From the NCBI GenBank assembly GCA_965248755.1, contig OZ252149.1, positions 3,232,001-3,296,000 on the forward strand: DNA of 64,000 nt, written 5' to 3'. How positions within the stretch are numbered: the first letter of the stretch is position 1; every line of letters begins with the position of its first letter. The DNA comes from Candidatus Latescibacterota bacterium (GTDB lineage Bacteria; Latescibacterota; CBDEFO01). Shown in pieces: positions 30,128 through 40,452 of the stretch. The position numbers and the translations under genes are program-made. Under the pieces are notes generated by a model. It saw nothing but the letters and a program-made list of their open reading frames with translations, did not search any database and was not told the DNA's origin.

Positions 30128-31677
30128 AGGACCGGTCCGAGTATCCACGGGTTGAATTCCTCTTCACCGACTCCGTTTAGTTCGCTCTTGGTCCTCTTGC
30201 CTGATGCGACTTCTATTATCTCGTTGAGTATTATATGTCCTGCGTCTCGAACGTTCACTCCTTCGAGTACAACTCCGGCGTTTATGTCCATATCGTCTAT
30301 CATGTGATTATAGAGTCTTGAGTTGGTTGCTATCTTAATGGACGGTGAGGGTTTAAACCCAAAGACAGAGCCTCTTCCCGTCGTAAAGGTCACTATGTTA
30401 GCGCCTCCTGCTACCATCCCTGTGACAGAGACAGGATCGAAGCCGGGGGTATCCATTACGACGAAGCCTTTCTGTGTGACCTGCTCAGCGTAGAGGTAAA
30501 CTGCGTTCAGAGGAGTGGTGCCGCCCTTTGCTATGGCTCCGAGAGATTTTTCGTAGATAGTGGTGATCCCGCCTTCTTTATTTCCCGGTGCGGGGTTGTT
30601 GTTGATCTCCGCTCCGAGGATTGACGTGTAATGCTCCCACCATTTGATCCTTTCGACGAGCTTCCTGCCGACCTTTTCGTTTCTTGCCCTCTTGATCAGC
30701 AGGTGTTCTGCGCCGTATATCTCCGGCGTTTCTGCAAGAATGACTGTGCCTCTGTATCTTACCAGTTCGTCCGCTGCAGCGCCTAAGGCTGGATTTGCGG
30801 TGATGCCGGAGTAGGCGTCGCTCCCACCGCACTCAGTGGCGAGCACGAGTTTGGATATAGGCTGCTCTGTTCTTCTTGCGCGGTCGGCTTCGGGAAGGAG
30901 TTCAAGTATGGCTTTACTTGCGTTTTCGATAGTCTTTCTAATTCCTCCGCTCTCCTGAATTGTGATGATTTTGGGGTATCGCTTTTGGGGAGACTCTATC
31001 TGTAAGAGTCCCTGGGATTCTACGAGGTCTTTTGCCTGGTTCGATTCGCACCCGAGCCCGACTATTATATAGCCTGCGACGTTAGGATGTCTGGCAAATC
31101 CGGCAAGTGTCCTTTGAAGCTGTTGATGATCCTCGCCGCCGATTTTCAATGCACAGCCGTTTTTGTGCGTGATGGGTATCACGCCGTCCACGTTCGGATA
31201 GTCTTTCAGTATTTCGTCCGTAAAGCGGTCACAGATGTAGCGGGATGTAGAGCTTGAACAGTTGACTGTAGAGGTGACCGCGAGGTAGTTTCTGGTTCCG
31301 ACCTTTCCGTCCTCCCTTTTGTAGCCCATGAAGGTCCTCATGTCCTCTTGTGGATAGAAGTCATCGGGAGCGATCTCTGTGGCGTATTCGTAGGATTGGT
31401 CAAGCTCCTGGACTTCCAGGTTGTGAGTGTGGACGTGGTCGCCTCTATAGATGCTCTCTGTTGCAAATCCTATTATCTGTCCGTACTTCCTGACCGGGCT
31501 GCCTCTGGAGATATCGCTAAGGGCTACCTTGTGTCCGGGCAAAATGTTGACTTTGGGGACGATATTTTTTCCGTCGTATTTAAGCGTCGCTTCAGGGGTG
31601 ATGAGTTCTTTTGCGACAGCTACGTCGTCTCCCTCTTTAAGGATAATGGCTTTTTCTATAAGATCGTAGGACGACAT
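30124..31677 (-). CDS. UxaA/GarD-family altronate/galactarate dehydratase
   Basis: SAF domain GHKVA..KYGQ..HVHTHN; VGTRN; CGGSD; GNKEGG; FTTGRG. Confidence 0.93.
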   Translation of the reverse strand: MSSYDLIEKAIILKEGDDVAVAKELITPEATLKYDGKNIVPKVNILPGHKVALSDISRGSPVRKYGQIIGFATESIYRGDHVHTHNLEVQELDQSYEYATEIAPDDFYPQEDMRTFMGYKREDGKVGTRNYLAVTSTVNCSSSTSRYICDRFTDEILKDYPNVDGVIPITHKNGCALKIGGEDHQQLQRTLAGFARHPNVAGYIIVGLGCESNQAKDLVESQGLLQIESPQKRYPKIITIQESGGIRKTIENASKAILELLPEADRARRTEQPISKLVLATECGGSDAYSGITANPALGAAADELVRYRGTVILAETPEIYGAEHLLIKRARNEKVGRKLVERIKWWEHYTSILGAEINNNPAPGNKEGGITTIYEKSLGAIAKGGTTPLNAVYLYAEQVTQKGFVVMDTPGFDPVSVTGMVAGGANIVTFTTGRGSVFGFKPSPSIKIATNSRLYNHMIDDMDINAGVVLEGVNVRDAGHIILNEIIEVASGKRTKSELNGVGEEEFNPWILGPVL

Positions 31678-31694
31678 TCTTTTTATTCTCCTTA

Positions 31695-31710
31695 TGTCAA
31701 TCTATTGACA
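31695..31710. promoter_or_regulatory. Palindrome, possible operator upstream of the dehydratase
   Basis: TGTCAA-N4-TTGACA just upstream of the RBS. Confidence 0.3.
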
Positions 31711-31719
31711 GATGTCTAA

Positions 31720-32595
31720 TTACCAACGAATATTCTTAATGGCGTCTCGGGACTGATTTATATAAAGCCACCATTTATCCAGCCAAGGTGGATGTATCCC
31801 CTTGGCATGAGCGGATTCAACCAAGATTGCACGGATGCTTCTTAATTCATGGCTGATCGGATTATCGGATTCCGGCCCTTTGAAACGAAGATTGTCGGCT
31901 GCAAGGAGATCTAGGATCGTTTCAATTCTAGGAGCTAAGAGACTTCCTGTCGGCGTCTGCACAGCCGCATAATGCAGCCACTTCGCATTGGGATAGGGCT
32001 TCCCATCAAGGATCATAGCCGCTTTAAGGGCATGGGTTAGGACTTCTGTAAGGGACACAAGGACTGCAAAAGCATCCCTGCGCTCCATAGGATTATCACC
32101 GGCTCGATGATAACCACGCATTTCGACATAGTGATAAAAGAAGAATGCAAAGCGAGCCTCATCCCGCATTGGCTTACGAGCACGGGCGATCAACCCTTTA
32201 ACATCGTCTGTGTTATCTATGATGATCTTTGCCTGTTGGAGTTCATAGATCAGCGGCATAACGCCCCTTTTTAGACGATCTGAAAAATCGTCTACAGACT
32301 CAGCATTCAGATGCCCGGGTTTTCCCTCAAGCTCAAAATCGAAAAACCGCGTCTCAGAGATAGAATCGAGTTGATCAAGGTCTGTATCCGCTTGGAGAAA
32401 CAACAGATCGAGGTCTGAAAACGGATCATCGATTCCCCATGTGGTTGAGCTATGAAGAACTACAGCCGCTCTACTATAAAATCTTCCAAGGACAGAGTGT
32501 TCATTAAGGAATTCCGGTAGAAACTTATATAATCTGTCTGTCCAATAACTCTCGGTATCTTTTTCCTGGGGTAGCTCTGTCATTAAGATACTCAT
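31720..32595 (-). CDS. Hypothetical nucleotidyltransferase-like (DUF4037-like) protein
   Basis: HSS...DDPFSDLD; PYPNAKWL. Confidence 0.55.
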   Translation of the reverse strand: MSILMTELPQEKDTESYWTDRLYKFLPEFLNEHSVLGRFYSRAAVVLHSSTTWGIDDPFSDLDLLFLQADTDLDQLDSISETRFFDFELEGKPGHLNAESVDDFSDRLKRGVMPLIYELQQAKIIIDNTDDVKGLIARARKPMRDEARFAFFFYHYVEMRGYHRAGDNPMERRDAFAVLVSLTEVLTHALKAAMILDGKPYPNAKWLHYAAVQTPTGSLLAPRIETILDLLAADNLRFKGPESDNPISHELRSIRAILVESAHAKGIHPPWLDKWWLYINQSRDAIKNIRW

Positions 32596-32661
32596 CTCCT
32601 TAATAGAGGAGTCGCTATATTCCTTGATCCCAATCGTAAATTACTTTGATGTTGATTTGGA

Positions 32662-32808
32662 AAACAGGGACACCTGACTTAGAGTGAATTGTCAGACAGG
32701 AATGTCTGACCCACCTTTTTATATATGTCGGTAGAACAGACATTCTTGTCTGTTCTTATCTGTCTTATTTAGTCTATAATCACCTCTAGGCTATTTTGAC
32801 CCGATACT
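32662..32808. repeat. ~140-bp direct repeat containing a REP doublet (copy B)
   Basis: Matches 29003-29140. Confidence 0.8.
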
Positions 32809-32829
32809 CAAGATCATTTTGGAAAGTGA

Positions 32830-33585
32830 CTACTTGTACCTCAGCACCACGATCTGTGGCTTTTCAGGCATCTCGTCCTTCGAGATATTAAGAGTGTTGC
32901 TATCGGCCCTCTTTACGTTGTCCCTTTCCTTTATAAAGGAGTCTACAGTCTCAAGTCCGATCTTCAGGACGTCCGTCTTGTAGTGCATGGGGAGTATGAC
33001 AATTCTGGGTTTAAGTTGGTCTATGACCTGATGCGCTCCTTTGGCGTCTATCGTATAGACTCCGCCTACAGGGATCATAACTACATCGGGCGTTCCGATA
33101 GCTTTGAGGGCTTGATCTCTTAGTAAGTGACCAAGATCGCCGAGGTGGACGACTTTTAGATCGTCAAGTTGAAAGACGAAGATGGAGTTTTTGCCCCTGT
33201 CCTTACCTTCGTTATCGTCGTGAAAGACGGGGACGTTGTAGATCTTTACGTCTTTGACCTGTGTTTCGATGCCCACCCAGTCCGCTCTCGTGTTGTCCGG
33301 TCCTTTTAGCCCGCGCAGAATTTGGGGATTTCCTCTGGCAAGTTGGATGTTGGTGTGGTCAAAGTGTTCGTGGCTGACCGTGACTGCATCAGGTGAAACG
33401 TCGGGCAGATCGTATCCCATGCCCTCTGGAATGGGGTCCAAAAGTATCTGTGTGCCCTTTGATGAGGTTATAAGATAGCACGATTGTCCGAACCATTGGA
33501 GGGTTACGATCTTATCTTCGGTCTGGGCCGCATCGGCAAAGAATACGATAAAGATTGTGAGACCAAGTGCAACGAAGCTTATCAT
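32830..33585 (-). CDS. Secreted MBL-fold metallo-hydrolase
   Basis: Signal peptide; SHEHFDH; HLGDLG; PMHY. Confidence 0.9.
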   Translation of the reverse strand: MISFVALGLTIFIVFFADAAQTEDKIVTLQWFGQSCYLITSSKGTQILLDPIPEGMGYDLPDVSPDAVTVSHEHFDHTNIQLARGNPQILRGLKGPDNTRADWVGIETQVKDVKIYNVPVFHDDNEGKDRGKNSIFVFQLDDLKVVHLGDLGHLLRDQALKAIGTPDVVMIPVGGVYTIDAKGAHQVIDQLKPRIVILPMHYKTDVLKIGLETVDSFIKERDNVKRADSNTLNISKDEMPEKPQIVVLRYK

Positions 33586-33627
33586 CTTTTAAAGCCTCCT
33601 TCGCTTCGAGATTGAAACGGTGATCGC

Positions 33628-33708
33628 GCATAACGTTCCTACTGTTGCCGACGGTCCGAAGGACTGTCGGAAAAGGCGTCAGCCTAAGCTGGCGTCTGGC
33701 TGTTAGGC
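33628..33708 (-). other. Solitary degenerate attC-like site
   Basis: Minus strand GCCTAAC...GTTATGC, 81 bp, with central hairpin CCGACAGTCC-TTC-GGACCGTCGG; just after the cupin stop. Confidence 0.45.
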
Positions 33709-33742
33709 GAAGTCCCGTTAATCCCGGAGTCCAGGTTTAATC

Positions 33743-34180
33743 TTACTTTGGTTTGCCAGAGATGGTCAAAGGGCCCTTGCGACCAACGTTAGCCCACGTG
33801 GCGACTGCAATGGTTTCCTCGTCGCTTTCGTTTGCTCCTGATATAACCGTACCTGCTGGAATATAAGCAATGTGACCGGAACGTATTTCGGACTTTTGAC
33901 CATTGAGCCAAACAGTTAGCTTCCCCGAGTAAACGATCAGGCTTTCGTCAAATACTGGATGATGGTGTTCTGTGATTCTTGCTCCCGGAGATAAACGCAT
34001 AGCTTTGGATGCCATATTCTTAGTTTCCCAGAGAACTGTACTGGTTAGCTCGCTCTCCTTTGGTTCAGTGAGCTCCGCAACATGGAAGAGACTGACCTTA
34101 AGTTTGCTTTCTGTTCGAGGTGTAGCTCCCATTAGCAGAGCACATACGCCGATGAAGATGATTTTGATATACACATACAC
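33743..34180 (-). CDS. Secreted cupin-domain protein
   Basis: EHHHP..DESLIVYSG; IPAG. Confidence 0.8.
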   Translation of the reverse strand: MYVYIKIIFIGVCALLMGATPRTESKLKVSLFHVAELTEPKESELTSTVLWETKNMASKAMRLSPGARITEHHHPVFDESLIVYSGKLTVWLNGQKSEIRSGHIAYIPAGTVISGANESDEETIAVATWANVGRKGPLTISGKPK

Positions 34181-34189
34181 CTCCTCTGT

Positions 34190-34846
34190 TTAGTATTGCC
34201 TTGAGGGACAGAGTTCCGCAATATTGCATTCGCGACATTTGGGAGACCTTGCTTGGCAGGTTTTCCTGCCGTGATCTATCAAAAGGTGCGAAAAGAGGGT
34301 CCATTCTTCTTTTGGCACGATTTTCATAAGGTCACCTTCGATCTTGTCAGGATTTTGGTTTTCGGTTATGGCAAGCCTCTGGGAGATCCTCTTTACGTGT
34401 GTGTCCACCACGACTCCAGGGATGCCGAAGACGTTGCCAAGGACGACGTTTGCGGTCTTTCTGCCGACGCCTCCGAGCTTTGTGAGTTCCTCCATTGTGG
34501 AGGGCACCTGTCCGTTGTGTCTTTCTACGATAGCCCCACAGCACAGCTTTATGCTTTTGGTTTTGTTCCTGAAGAAGCCTGTGGGATGGATTTCCCTTTC
34601 AAGTTCCAGAACTTCCACGTCTGCGTAGTCTTGGGCGGTTTTATATTTTTTGAAAAGCTCTACTGTAACCTTGTTTACTCTCTCGTCCGTGCATTGGGCA
34701 GAAAGGATTGTGGCTATCAGCAGTTCTAGAGGATCGGAATAGTTTAAGGCAGTACCTGAGTCGGGGAATTCGCCCTTGAGTATTGCGATGATCTTTTTTG
34801 TGCGTTCTTTTTGGGCTTCTTTACTCTCCATTACATTACCCTCCAT
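34190..34846 (-). CDS. nth: Endonuclease III
   Basis: LSAQCTD, GVGRKTANVV, VDTHV, C-x6-C-x2-C-x5-C. Confidence 0.97.
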   Translation of the reverse strand: MEGNVMESKEAQKERTKKIIAILKGEFPDSGTALNYSDPLELLIATILSAQCTDERVNKVTVELFKKYKTAQDYADVEVLELEREIHPTGFFRNKTKSIKLCCGAIVERHNGQVPSTMEELTKLGGVGRKTANVVLGNVFGIPGVVVDTHVKRISQRLAITENQNPDKIEGDLMKIVPKEEWTLFSHLLIDHGRKTCQARSPKCRECNIAELCPSRQY

Positions 34847-34874
34847 TAAATTACGCTAATATACAGTTGAGCAG

Positions 34875-35290
34875 ATCTATCTCTCCTTGAAGCCCTAGGT
34901 TTTTCTCCTTGAGTTTTTCTGCCTGCAATCTTAGAAGTCCCTTCTTTTCTATCAGTTTTCTCTCCCGAAGGACTCTGTCTAATTTAGCTGAGATCTCACC
35001 CAGATTGAAGGGCTTGATAATGAAGTCACTGGGAAGTCACCGGCGCCCTCTCGTATGATGTCCATAAAGGTATATTCTTCTCCCAGAGTTGCCATGATGA
35101 TTACTTCGATGTGAGCGTTGTGTTCTTTTACTGTTTTGAGGAGTTCTATGCCGTCCATTCCGGGCATTCTGAGGTCAGTTATAACTATATGGAGTAGTCC
35201 CCGTCCCTGATAAGCTGAAAGGACGAATTTCCATCTTCAGCCATCTGGGTATCGTGCCCAAGGGCCTCCAGAAAATCACCGACCATATTG
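34875..35290 (-). pseudogene. Response-regulator receiver-domain remnant
   Basis: IVITDLRMPGMDGIELL...DFIIKPF spread over frameshifts; 5' truncated. Confidence 0.75.
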
Positions 35291-35310
35291 AGGACACCTG
35301 GGTCTGCCCC

Positions 35311-36792
35311 CTACTGTCTACTGTCTGATGACGAATCTGTGTTGCGCCTTTCTGTCATAGTTCCTATGCTCTTTTTTATTGCCTTTCCTCCTTTTATAAC
35401 TGTTCTGGAGACTTTGACTACGGGACTGAACCAGAAGTGGGCAAATTCCGCGATGCCATCTGCAGGAGTAAAGCCGTCTATGTGTCTCAGGACTCTTATG
35501 ACGTGTCCTACGGTCTTAACCTGTGGCTCGTCTATCCTTCGGAGCAGGAACACGGACAGGGATCGGGTGATAGCGGAGAGTATAAAGAGGAAGTGCAGCC
35601 CGTAGAGGGTGTAGAAGAAGAGGGAGATCTTGTATTCGATCAGGACCACGGCCAAGGCTCCGCCTATTATCGGCGATAAAGATCCGGAGAGATTCTCGAT
35701 GAGCTTGTGGCTTGAGATGTACATCGCCTTGTTTTCGTCGGGAGAGAGCTTCAGGACGAGGTTGAACGTGGTGAGCTGCTGTCCTGAGTTGCAACAGCGG
35801 ACCAAGTGTACAAGGAAGAGGAGTATATAGCTTCCGGGTGAAACAAAGACCCAGAGGACGGGAAATATCGCTTTTACCGTGGCGCAGAAGGTGAGTATCG
35901 GCTTGTTGCCGAATTTATCTGCGAGGCGCCCCCAAAATCCCACTGCGTATAGACTTGCAATCTCTCCTACGGCTGCCAGGACAGCTATCCAGAGGTAAGG
36001 GACTTCGAGATATTTGAACATATATACTAAGAAGAAAGGACCGGCAAATCCGAGGCTGAAGTTCCAGGACATGCTGTACACCAGGAGTTTTCTGAAGTCG
36101 GTGTTCTGGAAGGGGAGTCTCAATGTCTGTAGGAAACTTAAGTTTTCACGGCTCTTTACCAGTTTTGGCTCAGGGACAGCCCGTAAGGTTAAAATAGAGG
36201 CGAGGCTAAATGCGACGCCCGCTGCAAAGATGATCTGTAATCCCAGGATCTCACCTGCCGGACCCGCTGTTTTGCAGTAGTCGATGAACAATCCGGCCAA
36301 GATTCCAATTATAATGTCCGAGGCTCCTAAGGCCCTTATCCTGCTCGAAAAATATCTGCCCCTTATGCTTTCAGGAATCAGATCTGAAAGCCATGACACC
36401 CTGGAGACAAAGCCTATGGGGCCTACAAGGCCCGGAAATGATATAATAATTATGAAGAGCCATATTCTAAGGTTGGGATAAGAACTCGCTACAACCCAGG
36501 GGAGGGCAACTATGAAGATCCTTGGGAGTCTGGAGAGGGTAAAGGAAAGGAGGCAGACTTTTTTTCTGCTTTCTATTTTTTCTATTATGTGATTGCTGAA
36601 AATCTGCGTGGAACTGAAGAGCAAAGGGAGCGAGGACAGGAGTCCTATGTGAAACTCCGATGCTCCTAATACCAGCGCAAAACCGACTGTAAAGATACTA
36701 TTGCTTCCCACTATTGCCGCCATCGCACCGACAAGCGCGGCCTCGATAAGCAGCAGCTTCATTCCACGTTTTCGTTCCTGCTCTGTAATCAA
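35311..36792 (-). CDS. MFS transporter
   Basis: About 12 TM helices; WGRLADKFGNK; RGRYF. Confidence 0.9.
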   Translation of the reverse strand: MITEQERKRGMKLLLIEAALVGAMAAIVGSNSIFTVGFALVLGASEFHIGLLSSLPLLFSSTQIFSNHIIEKIESRKKVCLLSFTLSRLPRIFIVALPWVVASSYPNLRIWLFIIIISFPGLVGPIGFVSRVSWLSDLIPESIRGRYFSSRIRALGASDIIIGILAGLFIDYCKTAGPAGEILGLQIIFAAGVAFSLASILTLRAVPEPKLVKSRENLSFLQTLRLPFQNTDFRKLLVYSMSWNFSLGFAGPFFLVYMFKYLEVPYLWIAVLAAVGEIASLYAVGFWGRLADKFGNKPILTFCATVKAIFPVLWVFVSPGSYILLFLVHLVRCCNSGQQLTTFNLVLKLSPDENKAMYISSHKLIENLSGSLSPIIGGALAVVLIEYKISLFFYTLYGLHFLFILSAITRSLSVFLLRRIDEPQVKTVGHVIRVLRHIDGFTPADGIAEFAHFWFSPVVKVSRTVIKGGKAIKKSIGTMTERRNTDSSSDSRQ

Positions 36793-36823
36793 TCCTCAGC
36801 CTATCTTAATGAATGTGTGACAG

Positions 36824-37417
36824 TTACCACTGGGTCAGGTTCTCAGCCAGAACGCGGTACTGTCCCTCGTGAGCTTGGGGCTGGAGGTGGACTTTCTTCA
36901 TGTAGTTGAGGGCCCCGGCTATGTGTTCAAAGTCCCTGGACAACGCTTCGAGCAAGTGTGCTCCCGGCATGTAGAGCACCCGATTGATCTGGGCAGCCGA
37001 AAGATAAGATCTCTTTCCCTCCGCCATATAGAAGTCCAGAATTGACCTTTTCTCCACGTTCTCACGGAATATGCCTGTCATAAAGAGCGTATAGTCCCCG
37101 ATGTGTCTCCTTATCTCCCACTCCCTGGAGGGATTGAAACTTTCATCTGTGACATCGGAGGACTGAGATGCCTCTAAAAGCATTTCCACGACCAGCTCCA
37201 GTCTTCTGTCCTCCGGGTGCCTGATCCGATAGAGCGCGTCGGTGCGGGAAAACCTCGTCAGCATGTCGCAGATATATTCCATTATCTCGGTGTTCCAAAT
37301 TCTCAACTCCGAGAAGCTCATCTTTATGAACCTAGAGAAGAAGCGCCTCAGAGACGGTTGGGGGATGTCATCAGGAGAGCCTGATCCTCCCAAGTTGAAA
37401 GGGTTCTCGACTTTCAT
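36824..37417 (-). CDS. Hypothetical protein
   Basis: 197-aa ORF with RBS; RHIGDYTLFMTG..GKRSY segment looks conserved. Confidence 0.75.
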   Translation of the reverse strand: MKVENPFNLGGSGSPDDIPQPSLRRFFSRFIKMSFSELRIWNTEIMEYICDMLTRFSRTDALYRIRHPEDRRLELVVEMLLEASQSSDVTDESFNPSREWEIRRHIGDYTLFMTGIFRENVEKRSILDFYMAEGKRSYLSAAQINRVLYMPGAHLLEALSRDFEHIAGALNYMKKVHLQPQAHEGQYRVLAENLTQW

Positions 37418-37759
37418 CTTTCATCCGCTCCTTTCAGCCAAATAATATCATCCTTAATGGGGGATACTATAAAATCTAATTCCAAAAGGCCTCATCGTCA
37501 AGAGTTTTCCTATCTCAACCTCGCGCGGCCTCCCGATAGCCGTTGTCATTTGGGCATAGCCCGCAAATTACGTCGGATCAAGCTGTCGCTTGCCAATTCC
37601 TTATGTCGTTGCCAGAAATGTTCCTTAGGAGTCTGCTATTTGGGCAAAGTCTTTGAGATCCCCTGATGTATCGCCTCCTCTGGATTCAAATATTATAGTG
37701 ATAATATCTTATGTAATATCAAATGTTTATGATTGAGTATCCTCTTACTTTGGAGGCAA

Positions 37760-37774
37760 TGGCATATGTTTTGC
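37760..37774 (+). promoter_or_regulatory. sigma54 -24/-12 promoter upstream of groES
   Basis: TGGCAT-ATGTT-TTGC (GG-N10-GC) preceded by an AT-rich tract. Confidence 0.55.
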
Positions 37775-37872
37775 GCTGTATAGTCGTAGCACATAAGCGA
37801 GTCTTCAATGATACAAAGAGGAGTTCCGCTCTTGTGACCATGTCTCACACAATTCAACTAAGGGAGGTAAAC

Positions 37873-38160
37873 ATGAAGGTGAGGCCCCTATCAGACAGAA
37901 TTTTAGTCAAGCGGATCGAGGAAGGGGAGGTCCAAAAAGGGGGGATAATCATCCCTGATACTGCCAAAGAGACGCCTCAAGAGGGTGAGGTGGTCGCGGT
38001 AGGTCCCGGAAGGACAGGAGACGATGGGAAGCGCATCCCCATGGAACTTAAAGTGGGGAACAGGGTTCTCGTGGGCAAGTATTCCGGCACAGAAGTCAAC
38101 GTAGACGGTGAGGAACATCTAATGATGCGCGAGGACGATGTCCTTGCTATAATAGAATAG
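37873..38160 (+). CDS. groES: Co-chaperonin GroES
   Basis: [31 protein letters not shown]. Confidence 0.98.
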   Translation: MKVRPLSDRILVKRIEEGEVQKGGIIIPDTAKETPQEGEVVAVGPGRTGDDGKRIPMELKVGNRVLVGKYSGTEVNVDGEEHLMMREDDVLAIIE

Positions 38161-38177
38161 AGAAAGGAGAAAAATAA

Positions 38178-39809
<1,632 letters not shown>

Positions 39810-39879
39810 GTTAGTAGACAGTAGACAGGTCACAGCCTCTCATTACTGTATGCTGTCTTACTAGAACCAGAGTAGAAGG

Positions 39880-39914
39880 AAAGCCCGGTGTTATCCAAAG
39901 CGCCGGGCTTTTTG
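39880..39914 (+). terminator. Rho-independent terminator after groEL
   Basis: AAAGCCCGGTG...CGCCGGGCTTTTT. Confidence 0.75.
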
Positions 39915-40220
39915 TTTGCCCGCAAATGGACAGGACAGACAGGAATGTCTGTCCTACCAACGATGTAATGAACACTCTTCTGGTGTCAGACATTCCTGTC
40001 TGACACCGTTGAGGTCTATAGAATCGAGACTGCTTCCACCCGATAGATTCAATCGGGGGCGCTCGCAATGACAGTGTAGGAGGCTCGCATGAAAGCTATG
40101 GGCTTGAAATGACATTGTTCACGCTGGGGTCATTGCGAGGGGGATGAAATCCCCCGAAGCAATCTCGCTCTATTTTGTACGAGAAATACAACCTTCCCGA
40201 ATCACAAATTAAAACTCTTG

Positions 40221-40249
40221 TTGACATTCACGCTAAAGTGTTATATATT
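40221..40249 (+). promoter_or_regulatory. sigma70 promoter of the giant surface-protein gene
   Basis: TTGACA-N17-TATATT. Confidence 0.6.
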
Positions 40250-40452
40250 CACCCCATATTTGTGCCTTTAGGACTCCGGTCGCCTTATATCCTGTGGACC
40301 GGAGGATCACAAAAATACTTATTAAAATGTGACCCTTGTCACAAGCAAGATAAAGTTGATATGGTATATTAAGTTGTGTTAATTTGCCTACAACAACTTC
40401 AATAGACTAAATCACTTACTGGAATGCACTATTAGAGTAGGGGGATAATAAA

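Noticed and set aside
37723..37872. N-terminal extension of GroES
   Set aside because: The true start is the ATG at 37873 after GGAGG; the upstream sequence is promoter
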